A stretch of 64,000 nucleotides of DNA from Candidatus Berkelbacteria bacterium (GTDB taxonomy: Bacteria > Patescibacteriota > UBA1384 > JACPKC01), in NCBI GenBank assembly GCA_016187225.1, contig JACPKC010000010.1:67541-131540 (forward strand). The letters run 5' to 3'. The notes under the pieces were generated by a model. The model had not been told where the DNA came from. It saw nothing but the letters and a program-made list of their open reading frames with translations, and made no database searches. Below, one piece after another: positions 9,495 to 18,762 of the stretch. The translations under genes and the position numbers were made by a program. Within the stretch, counting starts at the first letter, position 1. Each line of letters begins with the position of its first letter.

Positions 9495-10181
9495 ATGCAT
9501 TTGCCGGAAACGCTGCGGATTGAAGAAGAAGTTGTCGAATCATTTGGTGTCTCAAAAAAGTATACGATTCTGATCATTTTGATCGGCTTCGCGATTATTG
9601 TTTTGAGTCTTGTGATTGGTACGGTTTTGGAAGAGTCGATTGCGACCGCTGTTCAAACCTTTGGCCCGCTTGCGCCTTTAATTGCAACCTTGCTTTTTTT
9701 AGTGCCGATTGTCCTTGGACTCTATCTTATTGCACTCGGACTTTACTTCCAGTTAGCTTACCAGTATTTTTTAACCACTGAACGCGTTATTCAGTCGATC
9801 GGACTCTTTGCTAAAGATACAACCAGCGCTGAATATAAAGGCATTACCGATATCACTTTGCGCCAGGATTTGTTTAATCGCTTGATCGGCACCGGGACAT
9901 TGCTCATCAATACCGCTGGTGGCCCGATGGTCGAAATTAAATTGGTCAATATCGATCGGCCGAGTGAACGTAAGGAACTCTTGCGTCAACTTGCCCAGGC
10001 CTCGCACCGTGGCAAGAAGATCACGCGTGATCTGTACCGCAAGTTCAAGCACGCGACAGCAATGGCAACTAGAGAAGAGATGATAGCATCTCCAGAACAT
10101 CCATCAATCGAAGATTTACACAGCGATGGGATCGATGAATCAGATCGATTGAGAGCCGCTCAAAAGCGAATTGCGGAATGA
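9495..10181 (+). CDS. Membrane protein with a bacterial PH domain (bPH_2/YdbT-like)
   Basis: Two TM helices followed by TTERVIQSIGLFAKDTTSAEYKGITDITLRQDLFNRLIGTGTL, typical of bPH_2; strong RBS AGGAGGA. Confidence 0.5.
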   Translation: MHLPETLRIEEEVVESFGVSKKYTILIILIGFAIIVLSLVIGTVLEESIATAVQTFGPLAPLIATLLFLVPIVLGLYLIALGLYFQLAYQYFLTTERVIQSIGLFAKDTTSAEYKGITDITLRQDLFNRLIGTGTLLINTAGGPMVEIKLVNIDRPSERKELLRQLAQASHRGKKITRDLYRKFKHATAMATREEMIASPEHPSIEDLHSDGIDESDRLRAAQKRIAE

Positions 10182-10750
10182 GTTCTAGCTTATATATTCC
10201 AGTCATCTTGGGGACGATTCGTCCCGGACGTCTTTCAGAGCGAGTGGCGAGGCTTATTTATACCGAGTTGACAAAACTCTCAAATATTCAAACTGAACTC
10301 ATTGACATTCGTGCTTTGGATTTTGATTTCAAAAATGAAGGTCCGAGCGCCCGCATGCCTAAATTTTCTCGCCAAATGTGGCAGATGCACGGGTTAATTA
10401 TCGTGGCGCCTGAATATAATCACAGCTATCCTGGAAGTCTTAAAATGATTATGGATACCAATCTGGCAGAATATCGCGACAAAGCTGTCGGGCTCGTTGG
10501 GGTTTCAGATGGACCTTGGGGAGGCGCGCGCTTGGTTGAAAATTTGATCAACTACACGCAAACACTTGGCCTCAAGCCGCTTCGCACCGCGCTCTATTTT
10601 CCTCAAGCAGAGAAAATCATTGATCCAGAAGGGCAATTGGTCAATCCAAACTACTTGCCGAGAATAAATCGATTTTTCCAAGATCTTATCCTCCTCGCTC
10701 AAACTTTGGCGCCTATTCAAAAACACGCATCAAAGATAGAAGCACTATGA
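10178..10750 (+). CDS. NADPH-dependent FMN reductase-like flavoprotein
   Basis: Flavodoxin-like N-terminus (IPVILGTIRPGRLSERVA) and LIIVAPEYNHSYPGSLK motif of the FMN_red family. Confidence 0.55.
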   Translation: MSSSLYIPVILGTIRPGRLSERVARLIYTELTKLSNIQTELIDIRALDFDFKNEGPSARMPKFSRQMWQMHGLIIVAPEYNHSYPGSLKMIMDTNLAEYRDKAVGLVGVSDGPWGGARLVENLINYTQTLGLKPLRTALYFPQAEKIIDPEGQLVNPNYLPRINRFFQDLILLAQTLAPIQKHASKIEAL

Positions 10751-12486
10751 GCTCACTGGAACGTCACTGGTTAGCGCCCGATCGCGTTCACGCTGATCTC
10801 GTTCGTCAACTTCTGGCGAATCGTTCGATTACCGATGAAGAAAAATTCTTTAATCCGGATTTTGAACGAGACAGCCATGATCCGTTTCTCTTAACTGGCA
10901 TGGACAAGGCAATCTTGCGAATTCAGCAAGCGCTTTCAGTAAAAGAAGTAATCGCAGTCTTTGGCGATTACGACGCCGACGGCATTCCGGGGACTGCCCT
11001 GCTGGTTAAAATTTTGCGGTCTCATCAGGCAACCGTTATTCCCTACATTCCCAATCGTGAGAGGGAGGGCTATGGCTTAAATGAAGCCGCTTTACGGCAT
11101 CTAAAAGATCAAAAGGTTGCCCTAGTGATCACAGTTGATCTTGGAATTACGAATAGGCATGAAGTCAAATTTGCGACCGAATTAGGTCTCGATGTGATTG
11201 TGACCGACCACCACCACATCGAGGCTCAACAGCTCCCTGACAAGGCGATCGCTCTTTTGCATCCCGCTCTGCCGGGTTCGCGCTACCCTTTTGCCAATTT
11301 GGCGGGCGGCGGTGTTGCTTGGAAGCTGACTCAAGCGCTTCAACGCACAACCGGAATTCCTTCCCTTGCACAACTTAAGTGGTGGTTCGAGCTCCCAGCT
11401 ATTAGCACCGTTTGCGATATTGTTCCAATCGTCGATGAAAATCGGATGATTGTTCACTTTGGTATGAAAGTTCTGGCGCAAACTCGCAATGAGGGTTTGC
11501 GGGCACTTTACAAGACGGGTGGAATTGATTCCACCCGTCTCACAGAGAGAGTGATTGGTTTTCAGATCGGCCCTCGCCTGAACGCGCCGGGGCGGATCGA
11601 TCATGCGGCTCTCGCGCTCGAACTTTTATTAACAGAAGATTCTCTTCAAGCCCAGGAGATTGCCGCTCGGATTGAGCTCCAAAATCGCACTCGACAGGAG
11701 CAGTTGGAAGCGATGGTCAATTCAGCGCGTCAAGAAATCTTACAGAACAAATACTACGATCAGGCGGCAATCGTACTTTTAAATGAACATTGGTCGATAG
11801 GTCTAATTGGACTAGCCGCCTCGCGCCTAGTCGAACAGTTCCATCGCCCAATTATCCTGCTTGGCGCCTATGGGAAAGAAGCGAAGGGTTCAGGACGGAG
11901 TATCGACGGTTTCAATTTATTCGGAGCCATTCATGCTCAAAGCCGATTTTTAACGAGTTATGGCGGACACGAAAAGGCGGCTGGATTTCATCTGCCGATT
12001 AAAAATGTCAACAAATTCAAGGCTCGATTTATTGAACATGCGCGGATACATCTCACGTCCGACCAACTTTTGCCGACGCTCAAAACTGACGCTGAAATCA
12101 AACCTGATGAAATCACCAATGAGCTGGTGACGAACCTCATGCGTTTCGCGCCTCATGGGCCGAGTAATCCAAAACCGCGCTTTATCATCGGACCGCTCAC
12201 GATTGCGTCAGTGAAAGCTGTTGGCGCCGAAAGTCAGCATGTTAAGTTCAGTTTCAATGAGGGCGCACCAAATCAGCTTGAGGCGATTGGTTTTCGATTG
12301 GGTGAAAAAGCGAGGAGCTATACATCTCACGACCGTATTTATATCGTTGGGTCGCTCGAGTTCAACGAGTGGAATGGTCTTGACCGAATTCAAATTAAGG
12401 CCGACGATATTAAACTGGCTCAAGCGTGGGAGATAGAACAGAAATCGAGCGATAACTTGCTTTTTGATACGATAAACAAAAGTTAA
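10747..12486 (+). CDS. recJ: Single-stranded-DNA-specific exonuclease RecJ
   Basis: DHH motifs (VFGDYDADGIPGTALL, VTDHHH); DHHA1 GGHEKAAGF; length 579 aa. Confidence 0.85.
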   Translation: MSSLERHWLAPDRVHADLVRQLLANRSITDEEKFFNPDFERDSHDPFLLTGMDKAILRIQQALSVKEVIAVFGDYDADGIPGTALLVKILRSHQATVIPYIPNREREGYGLNEAALRHLKDQKVALVITVDLGITNRHEVKFATELGLDVIVTDHHHIEAQQLPDKAIALLHPALPGSRYPFANLAGGGVAWKLTQALQRTTGIPSLAQLKWWFELPAISTVCDIVPIVDENRMIVHFGMKVLAQTRNEGLRALYKTGGIDSTRLTERVIGFQIGPRLNAPGRIDHAALALELLLTEDSLQAQEIAARIELQNRTRQEQLEAMVNSARQEILQNKYYDQAAIVLLNEHWSIGLIGLAASRLVEQFHRPIILLGAYGKEAKGSGRSIDGFNLFGAIHAQSRFLTSYGGHEKAAGFHLPIKNVNKFKARFIEHARIHLTSDQLLPTLKTDAEIKPDEITNELVTNLMRFAPHGPSNPKPRFIIGPLTIASVKAVGAESQHVKFSFNEGAPNQLEAIGFRLGEKARSYTSHDRIYIVGSLEFNEWNGLDRIQIKADDIKLAQAWEIEQKSSDNLLFDTINKS

Positions 12487-12499
12487 GAAAGGCAACATA

Positions 12500-13132
12500 A
12501 TGTCTTATACATTACCTCAATTAGGGTACGCCTACGACGCGCTTGAGCCGGTGATCGACGCCCAGACCATGGAAATTCATCATAAAAAGCATCATCAAGC
12601 CTATATCGATAAACTCAATACTGTTCTCAAAAGCCAGGCTGATCTTGGTGAATACAACATTAATGCGCTGATGAGTCAGCTCGAATCGATTCCTGAAGAA
12701 ATACGAATGCTTGTTCGCAATCATGGCGGCGGTCATGCCAATCACTCATTTTTTTGGGAGATAATGTGCCCACTTCGTGACCGCGACGAGATGGCAGAAA
12801 AACAAGCCAAACAGATGCTTGCCAAAGTCTTAGAAGAAAATTTTGATAGTCTTGAAAAATTTCAAGCACAATTCACAGAAGCGGCGCTCAATCGTTTTGG
12901 TTCAGGTTGGACATGGCTCATGGTTAACAGTTTGGGCGATCTCGAGATCGCATCGACGCCAAATCAGGATAATCCCTGGATGGAGGGCAAGACACCGATT
13001 CTCGGTTTGGATGTTTGGGAGCATGCCTATTACTTAAAATATCAAAATCGTCGGGCTGACTATATCGAAGCCTGGTGGCAAGCAGTTAACTGGCCTAAGG
13101 CGGTCGAGTTTCTGAAATTAGCCCAGAAGTAA
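12500..13132 (+). CDS. sodA: Fe/Mn superoxide dismutase
   Basis: LPQLGYAYDALEPVIDAQTMEIHHKKHHQAY N-terminus and DVWEHAYYLKYQNRRADY metal-ligand box. Confidence 0.9.
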   Translation: MSYTLPQLGYAYDALEPVIDAQTMEIHHKKHHQAYIDKLNTVLKSQADLGEYNINALMSQLESIPEEIRMLVRNHGGGHANHSFFWEIMCPLRDRDEMAEKQAKQMLAKVLEENFDSLEKFQAQFTEAALNRFGSGWTWLMVNSLGDLEIASTPNQDNPWMEGKTPILGLDVWEHAYYLKYQNRRADYIEAWWQAVNWPKAVEFLKLAQK

Positions 13133-13140
13133 CATTGCAT

Positions 13141-13169
13141 CATAAAATTATTGGGGAACACATCGAATG
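13141..13169. promoter_or_regulatory. Copy b of the 29-nt start-proximal element CATAAAATTATTGGGGAACACATCGAATG, ending in the radA start codon
   Basis: 27/29 identity with copy a at the murG start. Confidence 0.7.
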
Positions 13170-14507
13170 GCAAAAACAGCGACAAGCGTTTTTGTTTGCA
13201 CCGAATGCGGGAGTGAAACTGCGCAGTGGGTCGGGCGTTGCGGCGCTTGCGGCACTTGGAATAGTGTGCGAGTAATGCGTGGCTTATTGAGCCGATCACA
13301 AGTTCATCACGTTGAGCATAATCTTGGGTCAATCGACTTGACTCCGCTTGCGAACGCTAAACTTAAGGCGGCTCCGGAACGAAGGAGATCCTTGCAAGAA
13401 GTTGACCGTGTGTTGGGTGGTGGACTAATGCCGGGGAGCGCCATTCTTTTGGCGGGTGAGCCTGGGGTTGGCAAGTCGACACTGCTTCTTGAGATCGCAA
13501 AATGCGTCGCAGTTCAGGGCGAGGTGCGGTATATTTCGGGCGAAGAATCGGTTTTTCAAGTGAGTGATCGCGCTCGGCGCCTTCAAGCTCTCGCGTCCCA
13601 ACTCGTAGCTATATCACTCACGAACGTTGATCAAATAATCGAAATTATGCGCCAAACGCCTCGGCCGGGGCTCGTGATGATCGATTCAATTCAAACCGTC
13701 TATGATCCTCAATTTCCTTCCACGCCGGGGAGTTTGGTTCAAGTTCGAGAATGTGCTCTCAAGTTAGTCGCTGAAATTAAACTCCTTAACATCCCACTTA
13801 TTCTAACGAGTCATGTTACCAAAGAGGGTACCCTGGCGGGGCCGCGCGCGCTTGAACATTTAGTCGATGTCGTACTCTATTTAGAAGGGGAAAGGACACA
13901 TGCTTTACGCATGTTGCGCGGCGTTAAAAATCGCTACGGCCCAACCGATGAGATCGGTGTTTTTCAGATGAAAGAGTCCGGACTCGAGGCAGTTGAGAAC
14001 CCATCGGCACGTTTTTTAGCCGATCGCGCCGAGAATACATCTGGGTCAGTAGTTGCGCCAATTATTGAAGGCACGCGACCCTTTTTAGTTGAGGTGCAAT
14101 CGTTGGCGACAAAAACGACATTTGGTTATCCTAAGCGTCGGGCGCTGGGTGTTGAGACTAATCGACTCGAGCTCATTCTTGCCGTCCTCGAAACCCGTGT
14201 CGGTCTGTGTTTAGCTGAATATGATATCTTTGTTAATCTTGTCGGTGGCTTTCGTGTGACCGAGCCCGCCGTTGATTTGGCAATCGCAATGGCCGTGGCT
14301 TCCGCCGTTACTAATCTACCGCTTGATCCACATCTCGCTGTTTATGGTGAAATTGGTTTAAGTGGCGAGATTCGCCCAGTAACTTTTGCTCTGCGGCGCA
14401 AAAAAGAGATGGAACGGCTTGGCTTTCACCCGCTGACCGGTAAGCGTTTGGTTGATATTTTGAATCAAGTTTTGCCTGGCTGGCAAAAAATCAAGGGCAG
14501 GGGATAG
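13167..14507 (+). CDS. radA: DNA repair protein RadA/Sms
   Basis: N-terminal C4 zinc finger ([23 protein letters not shown]); Walker [10 protein letters not shown]; Lon-like C-terminal domain. Confidence 0.9.
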
Positions 14508-14712
14508 AATCGTCGGGTGGCCAACAAGCATCGGCATCTGTTGGGGGCTGAATATCGGTGGTTGAAAGCGGCGGTTCGCCGATTGGTGTGATACTTGTCG
14601 CCCCGCCTACATTATTAGGCGGCTCTGCTTTGGGTATTGAAACCACGATCGTGATTAAAATGCCGAGAGCAAGAAATCCAATTAATAACCAGAATGAGAG
14701 TGGCCATTTCAT
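14491..14712 (-). CDS. Small single-TM membrane protein (73 aa), translationally coupled to the PBP1A gene
   Basis: ATG overlaps the PBP stop codon (TTATGA); one hydrophobic helix and a Pro-rich tail; no homology recognised. Confidence 0.3.
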
Positions 14713-17525
14713 AACGAGGGTGTAGCTGAATCTTGATATCGAACGCCAGTTGCTTGGTTGCCGGACGAATCAACGCTGATAAGTGTGAAGTAATACTTGA
14801 CCGCATTCGTCAGGCCGGTAACGGTATAGGTGCTGATTGTGTTTGGGTTTACTAGGACTTCAGTTGGATAGAGCGAGCCAATTTCGCTTGGCTTAGTTGA
14901 AAGATAAATGCGGACTCGTTCCAGATCTAGGTCAGTCGGATTCGTCCATGTTAGTTGAACTGCAGCATTGAGACCAGTGGCGTCGACATTGCTTACCGAT
15001 TCAGGTGGAGTAGCATCTGATCGAACAGTTACAGTTAAGGTTTGGCTAGTTGAGGCGCCATTTTGATCGTAAGTTGTGACGGTCAGCGTATGATCACCTT
15101 CCCCTAGATCAGATGCTTGCACTGTAAATTGATAAGGCGACACAGCATCAAAGCCTCGACCTTGACCATCTATCGCCAAGTCAACTGATCGGACTCCGAA
15201 GGTTGCACTCGCTTCCGCGGTAATGGTCACTGTTCCCGAAACTACCGCGCCATTGGTTGGCTCGAGAATATTAACGATCGGGATAGTGTCCTCGGTATAA
15301 TCAGTGTCAGTCTCAGTCGGCGGACTGCCAAGCTCGATTCCATTTGCTTGTGCCCAGGCAAGTACCGGATTCTCCCAACGCGGGTCGCCTGGTTTTTCAG
15401 AATGCAGAACGGTATAAGTTTTTTCCTCAACCAGACTTTGAGGCGTTAAGGATGTGGCGAGTTTACCGGTCAATTTGTTGATTTGAACTTTAACGTGAAT
15501 GTCGTCTTTCTCTTTCGGAATTTGCCACGGGGCAAAGAGATCGCTCACTAATTCGCCAGAGCTATCGGTTGGCAATTTGTTTGAAAATTTATCCACAGAG
15601 AGCGTTTTAAGTGTTTCCGGCTTCGTGAAGGTGCGATTGTCAGTTGGGTCAAGAGCGGCACTTAAATAATTGCGAAAGATTGGCGCCGCCACGACAGAGC
15701 CATCAGCGCCCTGACGCATCGGTGAATTATCGTTGTTACCAACCCAGACCGCGGTTGAAAGCCCGGGTGTGTAGCCAACGGTCCAGCCGTCGCGGAATTC
15801 CTGGGTCGTCCCGGTTTTGGCCGCGACCGCGCGATTTGGGAAATAGAGCGCCGAGCGCGGGCCAAAAATTGGAGTCCGAGCGTTGTTGTCGGAAAGAATG
15901 TTGGTAATCTGATAGGCAACGTTTGGGTCCAGGACTTCTTTTTCGCCCTTCCCAGGCCGGTGTTCTTTTAAAGTCCGGCCATTTGCGTCTTCCACTTTAA
16001 GAATTGAAACCGGTGGGCGGTAGGTGCCGCCGTTAGCGAAAACGGCAAACGCCGTGGCCATATCAAGCGGGCGCACCTCGCCGCCGCCTAAAACCAATGA
16101 TAAGCCGTAGCGTTCAGGTTGATTCAAAGTTGTAATACCCAGATCGTGGGCCGTCTTCAAGGTCTCATCGAGACCCACCAGCCATAGCATTTTTACGGCC
16201 GGGATATTAAGTGAATTTGCCAACGCGTGCCGAACTGTGACTGGCCCGCTGAACGATCCATTGTAGTTATTTGGCTCGTAGTTGCCAAAGTCAGTTTTTA
16301 CATCCCAGAGTACAGAGGCGGGATTGTATTTTTCCTTGAAACCTGTCGCGTAGACGATCGGTTTGAAACTTGAACCTGGCTGACGGGCGGCAAGGGTTAC
16401 GTTCACATTGCCGTCGTGTTCAGTGTCGAAATAGTTTGCCGATCCGACCATCGCTAGAATTTCACCAGTTTCAGGTTTAACCGAGACCAGTGCGGCGTTA
16501 TTTCCGCCCTGTCGACGAACATTTTCAATGCCTTTTGAGATTGCCGTTTGAGCGTCTCGCTGAAAGTCGAGATCGAGCGTCGTTGTTACACGCAGACCGC
16601 CTTCTTCCACCATCTGTTCACCAAATTCTTCCACGAGCTGTTCGCGGACATAGAAGACAAAGTGCGGCGCCTCAATCGAATCTCGGCGCGGCAAAACTGA
16701 AATCGGTTTCGCCAAAGCGATTTCAGTCTCATCTTTTGTGGCGTAGCCCAACTCAACCATGGAATTCAAAATCCAATCGCGTCGGATTTTGAGATCATCA
16801 GTATGCGTGCCATAAGGTGAATAATAGGTTGGTGCTTGAGGAATAGCCGCCAGCGTTGCCGCCTCATGAAGTTCAAGATCTTTAGCGTCTTTGCCAAAGA
16901 AAGCGCGCGAGGCAGCCTGAACACCATAGCTGTTCGAGCCATAAGGAATTTCGTTGAGATAAAAAGTCAGAATCTCGTCTTTGGAAAACATCGCTTCAAT
17001 CTCGAGCGTTAAGATTACTTCTTTAATCTTGCGGTCGAGAGTCTTTTTGTTGGTTAAGAGCGCGTTTTTAACATACTGTTGGGTGATCGTTGAACCGCCC
17101 ACTCGAGCGCCGGTGAAAACGTCTAAGAAAACGGCGCGCGCCAAACCTTTAAAATCGAGGCCAAAGTGTTCGTAGAATTTTCGATCTTCAGCTGTAATCG
17201 TGGCTTGTTTGATTGAAGAGGGGATATCCTTATCAGTTAAAATAGTGCGGTTTTGATCACCGTGGAGTTCGTACAAAAGCTCGCCGTCGCGGTCGTAAAT
17301 TTTAGTGGATTGAGCGGCTTCATACTTACGAATTTTGCCTGGTGTCGGCAAATCTTTAGAGTACCAAGCAAAGATCGCGGCCGTGGCGAACAAACTGACT
17401 ACGACCAACGCCTTCAGCGCCCGCCAAAAAAAACGCTTGTTCCAGCCCCGCTTCTTGAAAGCTTTTTGGACGCCTTTCTTGATTTGGCGAGGACGAATGT
17501 TGAGAGGATTATGAAAAACAGGCAT
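14709..17525 (-). CDS. Class A penicillin-binding protein (glycosyltransferase plus transpeptidase) with C-terminal Ig-like and fibronectin-III extensions
   Basis: GT51 motifs (TITQQYVKN, RKIKE); transpeptidase SSFKP, SLN and KTGTT boxes; C-terminal roughly 230 aa beta-rich (FN3-like WTNPTDLDLERVRIYLS); N-terminal TM. Confidence 0.85.
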   Translation of the reverse strand: MPVFHNPLNIRPRQIKKGVQKAFKKRGWNKRFFWRALKALVVVSLFATAAIFAWYSKDLPTPGKIRKYEAAQSTKIYDRDGELLYELHGDQNRTILTDKDIPSSIKQATITAEDRKFYEHFGLDFKGLARAVFLDVFTGARVGGSTITQQYVKNALLTNKKTLDRKIKEVILTLEIEAMFSKDEILTFYLNEIPYGSNSYGVQAASRAFFGKDAKDLELHEAATLAAIPQAPTYYSPYGTHTDDLKIRRDWILNSMVELGYATKDETEIALAKPISVLPRRDSIEAPHFVFYVREQLVEEFGEQMVEEGGLRVTTTLDLDFQRDAQTAISKGIENVRRQGGNNAALVSVKPETGEILAMVGSANYFDTEHDGNVNVTLAARQPGSSFKPIVYATGFKEKYNPASVLWDVKTDFGNYEPNNYNGSFSGPVTVRHALANSLNIPAVKMLWLVGLDETLKTAHDLGITTLNQPERYGLSLVLGGGEVRPLDMATAFAVFANGGTYRPPVSILKVEDANGRTLKEHRPGKGEKEVLDPNVAYQITNILSDNNARTPIFGPRSALYFPNRAVAAKTGTTQEFRDGWTVGYTPGLSTAVWVGNNDNSPMRQGADGSVVAAPIFRNYLSAALDPTDNRTFTKPETLKTLSVDKFSNKLPTDSSGELVSDLFAPWQIPKEKDDIHVKVQINKLTGKLATSLTPQSLVEEKTYTVLHSEKPGDPRWENPVLAWAQANGIELGSPPTETDTDYTEDTIPIVNILEPTNGAVVSGTVTITAEASATFGVRSVDLAIDGQGRGFDAVSPYQFTVQASDLGEGDHTLTVTTYDQNGASTSQTLTVTVRSDATPPESVSNVDATGLNAAVQLTWTNPTDLDLERVRIYLSTKPSEIGSLYPTEVLVNPNTISTYTVTGLTNAVKYYFTLISVDSSGNQATGVRYQDSATPSL

Positions 17526-17573
17526 AGATTTAACTCATTGTTATTCTACCACATTCTTCTTATACTACTCATC

Positions 17574-18752
17574 ATGACGACTCCTTACTGGCGTCTTGCC
17601 GCCGATAAGATTTATCCAAGCAAAGATAGGCTCGTTCGTACGTTGAAGGCGCGTTCGTTAAGGATCTACTTTGGCGCCGATCCGACTGCGCCTTTTCTCC
17701 ATCTTGGGCACACTGTGCCGCTTAAAATTTTACGCGAACTGCAAGAGCAAGGTCATCGGGTCGTAGTCTTGTTTGGTGATTTTACAACTCTCATCGGAGA
17801 CCCGTCTGGTCGCGACCAGAGTCGACCGACACTTGACGAACAAGCGATTGCGACTAATCTTTTGACCTATCGCGAGCAAGTTCTAAAAATTCTTGACCCT
17901 AAGAAAACAGAGTTTCGTTCCAATAGCGAGTGGTATTTGAACCCCCGTTCAAGCGGCGCGCTTAGAGAATTCCTGCGTCTTGGCCTAAACTTTACCGCGG
18001 CTCAACTTTGGGAAAGAGATTTATTTCAGGAGCGTCAGAAAAAGGGCCAGCCAGTCTCTTTAACCGAATTTATTTATCCTGTGCTTCAAGCTTATGATTT
18101 CATCGCCTTGGAGGCCGATGCGCAAGTCGGTGGCACCGATCAAACCTTTAACATGCTAGCTGGCCGGGATTTGGCGAAAAAATTAGGTAAAGGAGAAAAG
18201 TTTGTCATCACGACCCAACTTTTGCGTGGCACAGACGGGCACAAGATGGGTAAATCGTTTAATAACTTCATCGCGCTTACAGATGCGCCAAATGAGATGT
18301 ATGGCAAACTGATGTCGGTTCGCGATGAACTTCTCCCAGAATATTTTATGCTTGCAGTTGGCATTGATCCAAATGCATCCAAAGTGCGAACACTAATCGA
18401 TGCGAATCCGCGCGAAGCGAAAGCAAAAATGGCCTACGAAGTTGTAGCTTTTTATCATGGCGCCGACAGAGCTTTGATGGCTCAAAAAGCCTTTGATCAG
18501 CAATTTCAAGCAAAAGAATTGCCAGGCGAGATTGAAAATCGGACACCATCGGTAACCGGGAATGAAAAGCTTGCCTTTTACTTGGTTGACCTTGACTTAG
18601 CGACATCTAAAACCGAAGCAGGTCGCCTCATTGAACAGGGTGGTGTCAAAGTCGATGGCGCTGTTATTGCCGATCTGCACGCGCTGATCACGCCGCATGA
18701 CGGCATGTTGATTCAGGTTGGCAAACGACACTTTGTCCGCATAAAATTATAG
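17574..18752 (+). CDS. tyrS: Tyrosyl-tRNA synthetase, with C-terminal S4 domain
   Basis: HLGH and KMGKS class I motifs; S4-like LIEQGGVKVDG. Start trimmed from ORF-track 17253 to the in-frame ATG after the PBP gene start. Confidence 0.85.
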   Translation: MTTPYWRLAADKIYPSKDRLVRTLKARSLRIYFGADPTAPFLHLGHTVPLKILRELQEQGHRVVVLFGDFTTLIGDPSGRDQSRPTLDEQAIATNLLTYREQVLKILDPKKTEFRSNSEWYLNPRSSGALREFLRLGLNFTAAQLWERDLFQERQKKGQPVSLTEFIYPVLQAYDFIALEADAQVGGTDQTFNMLAGRDLAKKLGKGEKFVITTQLLRGTDGHKMGKSFNNFIALTDAPNEMYGKLMSVRDELLPEYFMLAVGIDPNASKVRTLIDANPREAKAKMAYEVVAFYHGADRALMAQKAFDQQFQAKELPGEIENRTPSVTGNEKLAFYLVDLDLATSKTEAGRLIEQGGVKVDGAVIADLHALITPHDGMLIQVGKRHFVRIKL

Positions 18753-18762
18753 TTGCGAGATC

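Noticed and set aside
17253-17573. ORF-track 5' extension of tyrS that overlaps the 5' end of the minus-strand PBP1A gene by about 270 nt
   Set aside because: The conserved TyrRS sequence begins at the in-frame ATG at 17574 (MTTPYWRL...). The extension (MITVEFVQKLAVAV...) is low-complexity, antisense to a well-supported CDS and has no RBS. It is treated as a read-through artefact of longest-ORF calling.
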